Shown here one piece after another: positions 12,901-25,289 of a DNA stretch of 64,000 nucleotides. Each line of letters begins with the position of its first letter. The stretch's first letter is position 1. Origin of the DNA: Camelus ferus (lineage: Eukaryota); the NCBI RefSeq assembly GCF_009834535.1, contig NC_045697.1:59522001-59586000 (forward strand), read 5' to 3'. The notes under the pieces were generated by a model. It saw only the letters and a program-made list of their open reading frames with translations, was not told the DNA's origin and did no database searches. The position numbers and the translations under genes are program-made.

Positions 12901-15289
12901 TTTTGTAGAAACTACTGAATAAATTATAGTTATCAAAATTATTATTACTACATTTATATGACTACTTGAACCTAATACATTTTTTTAACCAGGTAACCCC
13001 TTGTTGTACAATATCTATTAATATCCTGAGGAATTATGTTCCAGTGAACATATTTTATAAAATATATTTAGAAAAGTGGAAAGATCAGGAAATGGTAATT
13101 TAACACTTTTGTTGGTATGGTGAAATTTTGATCTGCCATTATTTTCACACATAATTTGGCCTTTGTATGTGAGAGAGACACCTTTGAGGACAAAATGAAA
13201 TAACAAAATGTGCTTATTCTAGACACAGAAGTTTCTCAATAAAGCAGACAAAACCAAGATTTCAGTAAGAATTCTTCTGATCTGCATCTCTTCTGAGAAA
13301 GGATGATTGCTAGATGTCTTGGGGGAAGATTTCCATGTATCCTAGGAAGATAATAATATGAAGATGATAGTAATGATGATGTCATACAATTCTCAGTCAC
13401 CATTCAGTTTCAGAGTAATTTCATATCTCTTACTTGATTTTAAAAATGACTCATGGACAAAGAAACAGTGTATATTTGATCCGGCCACATAGTTGCAGAC
13501 TGCTGGAAGGTTTTGGACGGATAAATTACAAAGGAAGCAGAAAGAGATTTGCTCATTTTGCTAAGAGGTCATGGACTCCTTGACCTTGCAGAGTAAAACT
13601 CAGGCTGGCAAATGGCAATTAACACTGACAAAATGGATTATACTAGAATACAAAAACTAAACCTATAGTTTCTTCCTGAATAGTAGTGGCGACAGAAGGA
13701 CTAACTGGAGATTACATTTTAAAAATATTTCCCTATGCCAACAATTCTCAAAAAATGAAATCTTGGATATTATGGTGTCTTAGTGGAAGTTTTTTTTAAG
13801 GGAACACATCTATTCCTTTGAATATACTTCTCTCATAAAGTGTATTTTATCAGCAACCAACTATTTCACTTATTTATAAAAATATGACTCGAATACTCAT
13901 TCTTATGCCACTTTCTGCAGTTATAGGCTTCTGTCATTTTGCTTGTACTTTTGCTCTCTGTGACCTATTAGCACATTAATGAGGCAGCAAGAAAACTCTA
14001 GCCGTGATATTAAGGATCATAAAAAGTTACTATTATGTTCCTAACTGAAAATATAAACTATATTACTTCTTCAACTATATGACTTTAAAAGTAAAAAAAA
14101 AAAAAAAAAAGCACAGAGAGATGTACATTTTTGAATACTATTTACCTGTGGGTAGTAAAAGTCTACCTGGTGCACTTGATGTTTACTTTTTTAATTACCT
14201 TACTTTGTCCTGTCCCATGATCACAGACTAGACCTAATCTAAAATGATTGTTTTCTACTTTTTTTTTTCCCCTCAAAGTTCTCAGGCAAAAAGTTAAAAA
14301 AAGAATCCCTATGAAGTCAAAATCTCTACTGAGACAGTAAGCTAATGTGAATACCATAATGAGAGGGAGGACATGAGATTTTATATATTAGAAATGAAAG
14401 AACACTCTATAGACTTCTCCAGTATGAAGCTTGATATCTAGTCACCTCTTTTCCAGACATATTTCCTTCTATTCCTTTTCTCTCCATAGTTTCCAAGATC
14501 CTACTTCCTTTGGAAAACTTTTCCTAAATAGTCTTCTGGGAGATAATTTTTCTCTTTTCATCTTCCATATCAGTATTTTCTATCCCGTGTTACTTTTTTT
14601 TTTTTTAAACATGAGAGTAATGTCATAGTTTAGAGCTTGGGCCATTAATCTCAAGAGTTGAGGTTTGAGTATTAGTTCAACATTTATTCACTCTATACAC
14701 ATCTGGGCAGGTTTTTGGTATCTTCAAACCTGCCTCATTGGTCATCCATAGGGTAGGAAATGTTATATGCCTTTTCAGTTCATTATAAAACAATCGGTAT
14801 AACACCTAGTACATAATTTGCTTTTTAAAAGATGATCGTGGGTTTTTTTTTTTTTTAATCATTATCCTCAACATTCTCAGCATCATTTCTTTAACTACAT
14901 TTTAGGTCCAAGACAATAAGGATAAGCTCTTCCAGTATTTTTGTAACCTCCACATTGCCCAGTGCTATGTCTTGATCATCGCAGGTGCACAGAAGTTTGT
15001 TGTTAATTAATAGGTGTCTGACACTGGTGAAGAAAAATGAGAAAAAAGAAAATATAGAGGGTAAGATGACTTTATGTGGACAGTAGTAATGTTAAAATTA
15101 ATATCCTGGAGGAGTCAATATTTAGCTTCTATATTCAATCAACAAAGTAAATGTTTAAGTTTTAGACAAAGATTCTTTCAGCTCAAATAAGCTGTCATTC
15201 TGCTGCTATGAGTAAAATACTCTTTAAAGTAGCAGAGGGCCAATGAAGAAGTGACTTGTAATGTTTTGAATGTGTAAAATGAGAGAAAT

Positions 15290-15620
15290 ATATAAAGTTA
15301 CATTTAGATAATCATCTGCAATTTTCTAGGCACTATGGTTGATGCTGGGAATAAAATGGTTACAGGTCGTTGCCCTAAAGTAGCTCAAGACCAAAAGGGC
15401 AGATGACAAAGTGATGTGTTAGGAGAGGCTGAGATGCCCTGTGTAAATGTTGACATAGGATACTAGGGGGACAGAAAAGAAGGGCATGCAAGCCGGGGGG
15501 ATGAGACTAGGAAACATTTAGGAAAAAATTATATTTGAGCTAAATCTTGAAGATTCAAGGGAACAGGCTGAGAAGCTGCTGTGATTGTCTAGAAGTATGA
15601 CAAGGGTCTTAAGAAAGAAG
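15290..15620 (-). mobile_element. L2 fragment
   Basis: 'ctaggcactatggttgatgctgggaataaaatgg...tgccctaaagtagctcaag...tttgagctaaatcttgaaga'. Confidence 0.6.
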
Positions 15621-15667
15621 CTAAAGGGTAAAATCAGGCAGGAACTAGAAAACTAATACAGCAAAAC

Positions 15668-16192
15668 TGTGATAGTTCACCCTGAGTTCATCCAAATTTG
15701 GAAATAATGACATTAGTGATTAGCTTGTATCCTCCAACCTAGATTTTCAAATGGTGGTGGTCTAGTCTTTTCCTTCTGGAGGGAACACAAGGCCAAGTAG
15801 GGAAACGGCAACAACTGTATCTTGAGAAGATGGGTCCTCATATCCTCGTTATTCCCCTGCTCCAGTGCCTCCAGGGTGGGTCAACAAGATGTGTCCATCC
15901 CTAGGTGGATTCCTGGAATCACTGCTTCTGTCTCAGAAGTTCTATCCTATCCCAAGACCCAGAGTTATCCCCATTTATTGTTTACACTGCAGTGGACAAC
16001 TGCCACCAGGTGGCACCAAATTGCAGACAGGACTTGGAAGGATCTGGATCTCCCAGGCTCAGATTCTCTGACCAACTATCTGCACAGGCTTATTACAGTC
16101 ATTTCATTGACCTTACAGCAACATGACCCAGCATTTTGTGTGATTGAATTTGTAGACCCTACAACTCATATTGTGGTAAGGCTCTTACTGCA
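15668..16192 (-). mobile_element. ERVL solo LTR, LTR41-like
   Basis: Reverse complement reads 'tgcagtaagagccttaccacaat...aatgctgggtcatgttgctgtaaggtcaa...ccaagtcctgtctgcaatttggtgccacctggtggcagttgtccactgcagtgtaaacaataaa', matching recalled LTR41. TG..CA ends. Confidence 0.75.
15988..16018 (+). promoter_or_regulatory. CTCF binding motif with upstream (U) module
   Basis: TGCAG-tggacaactg-CCACCAGGTGGCACCA. The core matches CCASYAGRKGGCRS and the TGCAG module has typical spacing. Confidence 0.7.
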
Positions 16193-17074
16193 TTTTCAAA
16201 TAAGAGAAAAAAATTAATGCCTTGAGAAGAAAGATAAATGGAAGATAATTTGAATCTGCCGACTCCCCATTGGATGAAGTGGTTCACTGGTGGAAAGGGA
16301 AGAAGACTGAGTTCACAGGAGAAGGAAAGATGGAATCCTGGCCTTTTAGCATTTTAGGTTTCTGGAGTGGGCATTCACAAAAGAGAAGCAGAAAAGGGCT
16401 AAGAAAGGCCAACTGAGTGAGAGGAAAGCCATCCTACTGGCTTATTCTATAAATGATACATGAAGATTAGAGAAGTGGTGGCATCATCATTTAGAAAAAC
16501 GGGGGCTTTTAATCTTATTTTTGTTTTGTTTGTATTGTTGCCCAGTTTCAGGAATCTGTGATTACTTCTGAAATATATAAGATAACCTCTATTGGAGAGT
16601 GGCACGTGAATGCCACTGCCCCTGATAATAGAAATTTGCAGTATTGGCTCTTAATCAAGAATAGTTCAACTTGCCTAATCTTTATTTCCACTTGAGTCTC
16701 CGTGTCTCTGTCTTGTCAGTGTAATAGTGAGTGTGAGCTCTGCCTAGTGACATAGCTTTTTCATAGTCTCATGACAAAGCATTTTTTTGTCCTGCTCATT
16801 GGCTAATGTTATTGCCTCTTGCTATGAAATTGCTTACACTGTGAAACTTGCCTCCCAGGGAAACTTGGCCCCTAGACCCCATAATTGATTCCGCTGTGGA
16901 ATTACCCCCAAAAGATTTTGAGATTGAAGGAACTCTTACTCCGTCCAAAAGTGTCCCACTAGCGGTCCAGCAGTGAGCAGCAGCTTTACCATGCCTGTAT
17001 CAGCACAGCCTTTTCTCAGCTTTGTGAGTAGCATTCCAATCCGTATCTTTATGTAGCATCATAATTTGCTTCTG

Positions 17075-17225
17075 AACTCTGACTGTAATTGGAAAGCACT
17101 AAGGGAGTTCTTTTAAAAAATCTCACCCCCCAGAGCTCTTAATTCAATAGATCTGAGCTATGACGGGAGCCTTAATTATTTTTTGAAATGCTTGAGTATG
17201 TGCAGTGTTGAGAACCACTTTCCTG
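17075..17225. mobile_element. MER5A-like hAT MITE
   Basis: 'ccccccagagctcttaattcaatagatctgag...gtgcagtgttgagaaccact'. Confidence 0.7.
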
Positions 17226-18317
17226 CTACTCTAGGAAGGATCAAATGATCCTTCTTAACATTTTAACCTGCGTCTTAGGTTGACCTTTTTTCCTTTCTTT
17301 TAACACAGGGATATTGTTTGCTGGAATCGAGTGCCTACTTTTGTTTTACAATTTCTGCTCTTTGGGTACTATATGTTGTTGTTTGTCTTGTTTTATTTTA
17401 ACATGTTTTTCTAGATTTTTTTCCCTTGGGAGGCGTGCTCTGTTAGTGAGAAATATAGCCCTGCAAACTGTATCCAGTGTTCAAAATGTTTTCCCTCTGC
17501 CTCACCGTCAGTTGGATAATCCCACCTAGAAGCTGTTTTCCCATCACACTAATGTCTATGTCAAGCTTGGACTCTGTTTACTATAGTTCTTCCTGATATA
17601 CTGTTGGTGTGGTTAATTGCAGAGGTACTGCATTTGGTTTTTAGGTGGGGAACTGTAAACGGAGGTGTTCTACCTGCATCTCCATCATAGAGCTCTGTGC
17701 CCTTACGTGGCACTGTGTCTATTCAAAGCACAGAAACATTTAATTTGCACAGTTTTACCTTATGAGATAGTAGTGGCCCTGCTTAAAGTTTTCTCTTTCT
17801 TTGAAATCCTAATTTAATACTTTTTTCAGTCATCTGTGTCCAGATCACAGGTAACTCTGTACTCCACCCACTAATAAAGGAATCCTTCTGAAATCAACTC
17901 AGTCATTCTTCTAGCATTTTACAGTTATCTTTCTGGTCTTCTCTAAAATCTGCTCAAGTTTTCTGTAACCATTTGATATGCTCTAGTAATCCACAGGTTT
18001 TTAGTTGCTCCTATTTTAGGCCCTCTATTTACATGTAAAAGGGGGCAATTCTCAGTATTTCCTTAGACCCTAAATTTTGCCCAGGAAGTCATTTTAGTTT
18101 GCTTTCTGTGATCTTGACATTTTGGGGCCATACTATCTGATTATTAACAACTAAGGCAACATAATCTTTCCTGAGACTCTTCTATAAGAGCAGTTATATT
18201 CAGATCTACCTCATTTTCCCTTTGGTATCTCTCTATCCTGCCCTTGCAGATTGTTTTCCAATTTGTCTGTTTAATTTCTAAGTTTCAACTTTTCTCTTGA
18301 GAAATTCCTCTTTCCTA

Positions 18318-18749
18318 TGTCGACTAAAAGGAAAATGTACAATGTAAAATTGTGAGTTAAGTTTTATTCTGGGGACTTGCTGAGGACTATAGACCAGTAG
18401 GCAGCCTCTTGATAGCTCTGATGAACTGTTCTGAAGAGATAAAGGAGGAGCCAGGATATACTCGAACTGTTTTACTAGGAAAAACACGTAGTCAAGCATA
18501 AAAAAAATTACTGATAATCACGAAAAAACAGACATCTTAAGCAATGATTTTAGTGCTTTTCTATGTATGGAAAAATTTTTCCCTAGGTATGTGTCTTGAC
18601 TCTCTAGGGGCTGATATATTAAAAGCACAGAATGCTTCCTGTTTTTCTCCACCCTGAATTCCCTTCAGGGTGGGTAATTTTTGTGGCTTTTATGGCCTGA
18701 TCCTTGTAGAACTGGAATGCCAAGTACTTTGTTATTGTTGTTGTTTACA
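18318..18749 (-). mobile_element. ERV1 solo LTR (laurasiatherian/artiodactyl type)
   Basis: tgtcgac...tttaca termini, reverse polyA signal (ttttatt ~18362), 4-bp near-TSD ccta/ccca. Confidence 0.85.
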
Positions 18750-19554
18750 CCCAGAATAATTGGCATTTCTTTTAATTATTTTGCTATTTTTTATCTGATG
18801 AGAAAATTGAACCATGTTTTTCCAATCACCCCATGTTCTACTTAATTCTCTGAGCAAGTGTTATTCATAGAGGCATAAGTTCCAAGCACAGATTTTGGAA
18901 GAATCTCTTCAGCCTTTGGGTTTCCAGTCATTTCATTGGGTTGTTTATCTGCTTAAATACAAATAGATAGGATATTTTCATAGGCCTCTTTCTTTATCAC
19001 TGTATTTGTTTATTAGGAAGAATCTGCCACTCATTGTGAATGAAGCTACATTTTACTACTAGAAAACTAAAGTCATGGTCAGAGTTATATTTAATTAAAC
19101 TTAATGATCAACCTGAGACCAAGAAGAGAGGTTAGGACTTCTGACACCAGGCAGAGCCCACATATGGAGAAGCCAGATACCATAGGTCTGTCTCATTCTT
19201 CTAAGCCCCATAATCAGATTAAGTCGAGTCTTTGCTGGGGAAAATGAGTGAAGAGGTGGTGAGAGAATAGGAGAGTTTTTCCAGTGGAAAATTCTGTTAT
19301 GTGGAAAGAAACTTTAGGAGAGAAATAGATATGTTCTTCTCTGGTGCTTAAGGCTGGGTCTAATGAGGTTTCCTCTGAATGAATGGAATGTGGAGTACGG
19401 AGGTAGGGGCAGTGCACTACAATATTAATTGTCTCAAAGCCATTCTGAAAATCTGGAAAGATTTGCTTTGCCAGGAATTCATGACAAGAGAGATCAAAGC
19501 ATATAATTGTTTATTAATTGGGTTTTTCTTCAGTCCTACAATTGAGAGTTCTCT

Positions 19555-19938
19555 TTTTTTTTTTTTTTTTTTTTTTTGGAGTAGAGTTGATTTACAATGT
19601 TCTGTTAGTTTCTGGGTTACAGCAAAGTGATTCAGTTATACATACATACATATATTTTTTCAGATTGTTTTCCATTATAGGTTATTATGAGATACTGAAT
19701 ATAGTTCCAGGTTCTAGACAGTAAATTCTTACTGTTTATCTATTTTATATATAGTGGTATTTATCTATTAATCTCAGACTCCTAATTTATATCCCCCCTT
19801 TCCCCTTGGTAACCATAAGTTTGTTTTCTATGTCTGAGTCTGTTTCTATTTTGTAAATAAGTTCATTTGTATTTTTTTAGATTCTACATATACATGATAT
19901 CATATATTTGTCTTTATCTGCCTGGGTTCACTGATTAT
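19555..19938 (-). mobile_element. 5'-truncated artiodactyl L1 3' end with long poly(A)
   Basis: T-tract followed by 'gagttgatttacaatgttctgttagtttctgggttacagcaaagtgattcagttatacat'. TSD gagttctct (19546-19554 / 19939-19947). Confidence 0.92.
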
Positions 19939-22137
19939 GAGTTCTCTCAATTGTAGTGATAAGGAAGAATCCTAATAGAACTTAGGAATATGTAGAATAT
20001 AATGACATTTATAAAAATATTAAAACATACATTATTTTATAATTCATTTTCTTTCAAATTACAAAATAATGGATTTACTATAGAAAATATTTAGCAATGC
20101 TAAAAAGTCTAATTTCCTCAATTAGAAATAACAGTTCATGGTTGCCATATATAAGATTTATTTACAAAAACTATTTTCATACTGTAGCAATATCTGATAA
20201 TAAATTATATTAAAAATATAAACACTCATTAAATATTAGAATTTACTAACAATATCTAACTTATATGGAAAAACATTAAAACATTATAGGAACTCAAGCA
20301 CAGATTATCCACTGAAATATTAATTTCAATCCCGAATGTACTTTTAAGTTTATGACTGAAGTAAACGAAGTACCTCTGGGAAAATCTCTCCCTGTTGACA
20401 GGAATGTGACTACCTGGAAAGGAATTAAGTAAGTTTGTGTTGGTGGGAAATAACAAGAGGAAGTTGAAAGAGGTTTTTTAAAAGATGATTTGTGAATCAT
20501 CTACTTAGTGGTAACCACTGAGAAGATAGAATTGGTGACTCAGAGTCCTGAGAAAGAAGAAATACTAGCAAGCGGGTAACAGCTTTGGAGAGAATAAATG
20601 CTCTTTTAGTTAAATTTCAGAATGAGGAAAAGGAAAAGAAGTATTAAAAAAAAAAAAAAGACCAAGTTATAAGGAGGAGGAGGAGATTCAGAAATATGTA
20701 ATAGCATAAAACCAAAAAAGGTATTGTTAAGGATGCCAAATATCAAGAGGACATCAAAGAGAAGGGGAACTAAGAAATGCCCCCTGTATTTTAAGATCAA
20801 GTTTGGAAATGCATAGAACCTGATGTTAAACCTTGCAGAACAGAAGAAAATACATTACGCTGGGAACTGAGACCCAGATTCCACATTTGAAACTCAGACT
20901 TTTGGGACTTGGGAAAAAAATTCCCATAGCCTGCCATGTACATATATCTTAGCTTTTCCATTAGTAAAATGAAGAGTTTAATTTATTGATTTCCAAGACC
21001 CATTTTAGTTGTAAAATGTTAGAATTCTGAGTGTGATAAAATGAAGAGAATAAATGTAGTAATGTAAATGAACTAATTTTGACTCATTGTGCACATTCGA
21101 TAGAGAAGCAAACAGAATGATTTTAATAAGGTCAATTATTCATTTTCATATATAAATTTTGAGCTATACATATTCTAGAAAATCATTTTTATACCTTTAT
21201 ATCTTCTACCTAAAATAATATCTTAGAATTTATATAAAACATAAAAAGGAGAGAAAAACAAGACTTTGAGTCATGCCAGCCACATACTTTGCCCATTGGG
21301 AAGTAGCAAAGGCACAGACTAGGGACATAGTCGTGGGGTGGAGCCACAGGACATAACAACAAAGGTCCCTGGGACTTTCTGATGGCCAGACGTGTGGGGA
21401 AGGCACATTCTTCCTTTGTAGATTTGTATCCAACCCTAGGGATGGTGCAGGGAAATAGGTAGATGCTTGAGATATTTGAGGGACTGAGTGATTTTTCTAA
21501 TAACACTGATCATTATCTAAATGGAGTCTTTAAATCATGGATTTATATCTTAATTAAGTTATTAAATAGGATCTTTAAATAATTGAATTGGATTAAGTTT
21601 TAAACCAAAAGTATCCAAAGTAAAAGTTTTTTCTCTAATTCATGATGGAAACTTGGGGAGTAACAGTCATTGGTTATAGACAAACTAAATTAAGCATGAT
21701 TTCTCACAGTGTATGTGAAATATTGTAAGTTAAACGTTGACACCCACATATGCTGTTTTATAAATCAAATTTCAGGCTGTATTCTGTTCCTGCTGTGTTC
21801 AAGTATATTGCTGCCCTCTAGAATACTGCTTATATAAACAAAAATAGATTCTCATATTTGTCCAAACAGTGAAGTTCAAGGCCAGGGACCTCAGTGAGAT
21901 CAGTCAAAGATGCACTGATGAGATTCACAAACAAGCAGCTTGAACAACAGGGCAGTGTACTCTAAGAGCTTATACAGATGCTTTATTTTATGCTGAGGAC
22001 ATTTCTTCTTAAATTATTTCTCTAATTTATTCTTGATGAGATACCTTCCATTTCCTGAGAACAGCCCTATTAATAGAGGATAGGAATCTAAGGAGGTAAG
22101 ATGAAGTAGACAAGATATAAGTAGGCCATGTATGGCC

Positions 22138-23240
22138 CTTTTATTTATTTATTAGATAACTATTGATCACCTAACATACATCAGACACCACTTTGTATGG
22201 TGGGGATAAAAGGATGAATAAGAAAGACGTGAAGTTTACATTGCAGTGAGGGACAATAGAGACAATAATAAATAAGATGATTTCAGATTATGATAAATGA
22301 TATAAAGAAAATAAAACAAATTCATATAGCCAGGAGGGTCATGGAAACTTCTTTAGAACAGAGGATGAGGGAAGGACTCTGAAAGGAAACCATTTTAACT
22401 TAAATTGGAATCATATAGTAGAGAGATGGGGGTCAGATCATTCAGAAAAAGGGAATAAACCCACATGGATCAAACTCGGTTGGTTAAAAGAAGAGAACAT
22501 AGGTTAGTTTTGGGTATGGAGAGTCATACAAGATGTGGTTGCAGAAGAGTCAGGACTGAATCTCACAAAGCCATGACAAGTAGTTTGGATTCTTTTCTAA
22601 GTGAGATTATGTAATGAGTAATACTGGTGCCCAAATTCCCTGGGATCTGTATGACCATTTTTGTCCATATTTCAGCTTCAGTGTGCTTTTTTCTTGAGAA
22701 CTAGCGCCTGTGACTCTTTTTGGATGAATGCCTTTAAGTGGCAGGGCCCTACATTGTCCACACTGCAGAAGAGTATCTGAAATTTATGCCTGTGACCCCC
22801 ACACCCACTAATTAGATAACTGATGGGTACAACCTCTAGTTGAGGAAACACCGAGGGATAGTTTTCTCTCTAGAGTTCTTCTTTGGGATCAGGCTTAAAC
22901 AACTCTCTGGGACTTCGCCTATGATAGAACCTTGCCTGGATTTCTCCCTTTCTCTGTTCTGTTCCCCTGGGTTTCCCCTGGGAACAGTTCCTTTCCAGTT
23001 TCCCTGGGAACATTTCCTTATAAAATCACTTGCATACAAAACCTCATCTCACAGCCTACAGCTGGGAAACTCAAACTCTGACAGTTGGAAGATTTGGAGG
23101 CATCTAAAGAGAAGGACAAAAACTGACTAATGTTTTAAAAATATCACTGCAGTTGCTGTGTGAAGAATGTTAGTAGGGGCTGGGGGAGGTGAGAAAAGGA
23201 AGAACAAAGGCAGCAAGCTTTTTCAATAATCTGGACTAGA
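22138..23240 (-). mobile_element. L2 fragment split by LTR16-like LTR
   Basis: 'tattgatcacctaacatacatcagacacc...ggggataaaaggatgaataaga' through 'agtttggattcttttctaagtgag'. Resumes after 23083 with 'ttttaaaaatatcactgcagttgctgtgtgaagaatg'. Confidence 0.75.
22610..23083 (+). mobile_element. ERVL solo LTR (LTR16-like)
   Basis: TG..CA termini. 3' end 'ccctgggaacatttccttataaaatcacttgcatacaaaacctcatctcacag...gggaaactcaaactctgaca'. Confidence 0.8.
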
Positions 23241-23244
23241 TTGC

Positions 23245-23505
23245 AAGCTCTATGTTACAAAAAGTTCCCCAAGAGGTGTGTGCTTGGAGAGGATGTTGTA
23301 AATAACACATTTAGGTATAAAAAGAAAATAATAAATTTACATTTCTTTGCAAGAATCTAGAAATCAGGAAATAATTTGTGCTTCACTACTCTAATTTGTT
23401 GGTATACACATTTATATTTTGAAATAAATTTTTATATCTGAGGATACACTCAAGATTTTGTACTGAGGGGATGAGCCATCAAAAATGTTTGGAGAACATT
23501 TAGAC
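23245..23505. mobile_element. hAT-Charlie MITE (MER113-like)
   Basis: Terminal 'ggggatgagccatcaaaaatgtttggagaacatt' resembles Charlie-MITE ends. Confidence 0.4.
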
Positions 23506-24018
23506 ACCAACTAGCTTTATGTTTGCTATTTTCATGCAGTCTATTGGTAGTCTTATGGAATGCTTTTCTCGTGTATGTGTCTCTGGTGAAATGTCTTTGC
23601 CTTTAATCCTTCATTTTGTGGGAGAGGACTTAATTATTTGGGTGCTCCTGTAGGTTGGCTACTTTGAAGAATGAGACTATTCAATTTCTTCCGAAGAAAT
23701 GTATAACTAGTTATAGGGGCAAGTCTGATAATGCTCTGTTATTTTCTGAGGATAAGAAAATTAAAAGTGCTCCAGATGCTTCAAGTGTAATTTTCCATCT
23801 GCCATAAATTTTCTTCAGAATGCTTTCCTCACACAAGGTCAGGGCATTAGTGCTCATTAAGGACTATATACATGCACAGTTTGAAAATTCATCAGAAAAC
23901 CAATCAGTTGTTTGAACTCAAAGTCTATAAAAAAACAGAACAAAACTGGGAGCTGGCTTTTTCTCTCTCACTCAGCAATCCACTGCCACCTTTTCTATCA
24001 GACATTACTATTTTAAAA

Positions 24019-24518
24019 TGTGGATTTTATTATTCAGGTACAGTCAGGCCAACAGATCAGGAGTTGATTTCCATTGAAGAGACAGTGGTTTCTCACAGTT
24101 CCCAAGAGGGGGGACTTGGCATGCCTTGCAGGGCCACAAGGAGAAACATGGGAGTCAGGAAGGAGGCAGAAAGGGCTGCAAGAAGTGGTAAAAGCCTTTA
24201 TCGTGGTTTCCACAGGAAAGGCATGACAGGGTAAGCCTGTTTAGAATTGGCAAGATTGAATAATTTCAGCAGGCTCTGGGGTATAGGGGCTGTTACAGGT
24301 GTCTGTTAGCTGGCTCTGGGGTAATTAGGATGGAAAGAAAGTGGTCTGAGATCTGGGCAAAGGAGAGAGTTTAGGGTATAGGCTTTGGGTTGGCTGATCT
24401 GCCTGTGAAAGGCACACTTGCAGGCTAGTCAGTCCCAGCCCCGGAATGTCAGTCTCTCCCATGTCAGCAAGACCCCAAGATGTCAAAGCAGCAGAATGTG
24501 AAAAGCATCATCAATGCA
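24019..24518 (-). mobile_element. ERVL LTR (MER74/MER76-like)
   Basis: 'aggccaacagatcaggag...cacagttcccaagaggggg...gcctttatcgtggtttcc...ttgaataatttcagcaggctctgggg...gcaagaccccaagatgtcaaagca'. Confidence 0.8.
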
Positions 24519-25289
24519 TTTACAAATAAAGAAAATGGTTCAATGATAGAATGAAAGAAGAGAAAGAAGAAAATGAGAGAGAAATGAAGGGAGCATGTAT
24601 GAAGACAGGAAAAGAAAAAAGCGTGACTATAGATAAGAAAACAGAAAAACATCGAGGAAAAATGGAGAAAACAAAAAAAAATTTCCTTTGGACTAATTCT
24701 TAAATCAGGATGATTTAATATGATATTCTAATAACAACTTTAAAAGTTAATTTAACTACTTTTACTCCTATGTGGATTGACTCATTCAGAGAAAAATGTA
24801 GTCAAAGATTTGAGATAACTGAATGACTACATATTTCATAAAAATAATCATATTGAAAATATACTGACTGAATATACTTAAGCTTTCACATAATTTCTTT
24901 TTGTAAATTGTATATGCCTGGGTGATTTCTTCCTTAAATGAATAGTGGAGATTTCTAGTAGTCAAGAATTGAGAACCTGATAGGTATTTGAGAAGCTGGA
25001 ACTCCTGTTTCTGATAAAATACAGAGAAATTATTTTAAAAAATAAAATACCGATTTTATTTTCTCTTTTTTCTTATTTCTTGCTAGACCAAGATTGTGTA
25101 CATTTGTTTGAGTAAACACCATTTAGTGACTGTAAATATTCTAGGTTTTATAGGTAACACAACATGCTTTTGAGGTCACCTTGGGTTTTGCCTGCTATTG
25201 AAATTTTGCCACTACATGAAACAGTTCCCATATACTCACTTTTCCTCATTTATTACTAATCTGAAATCTCTAAACATTTCCCATGTGCT

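Larger units (their letters stand above)
16600..19080 (-). mobile_element. Decayed Ty3/Gypsy-type (MamGyp-int-like) internal region, interrupted by MER5A and an ERV1 LTR
   Basis: Minus-strand remnants in gag-pol order: C-L-S-C-x4-S-x4-C knuckle (18117-18158), VD(t)TRA protease-like motif (17979-17994), 'ASRWDYP..VRQRGK..W IQFAGL' RT start (~17460-17530), 'KSF-G' and 'AKFPWE...QEAITLA' connection (~16800-16915), TD-containing RNaseH start (~16710). Confidence 0.6.

Noticed and set aside
15822..16217. 131-aa ORF, the longest non-L1 ORF, plus overlapping ORFs
   Set aside because: Lies almost entirely within the LTR41-like LTR, starts at a non-ATG codon, and has no recognisable domain.
23872..24234. 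120-aa ATG ORF
   Set aside because: Runs from unique DNA into an ERVL LTR and has no protein-like features. Chance ORF.
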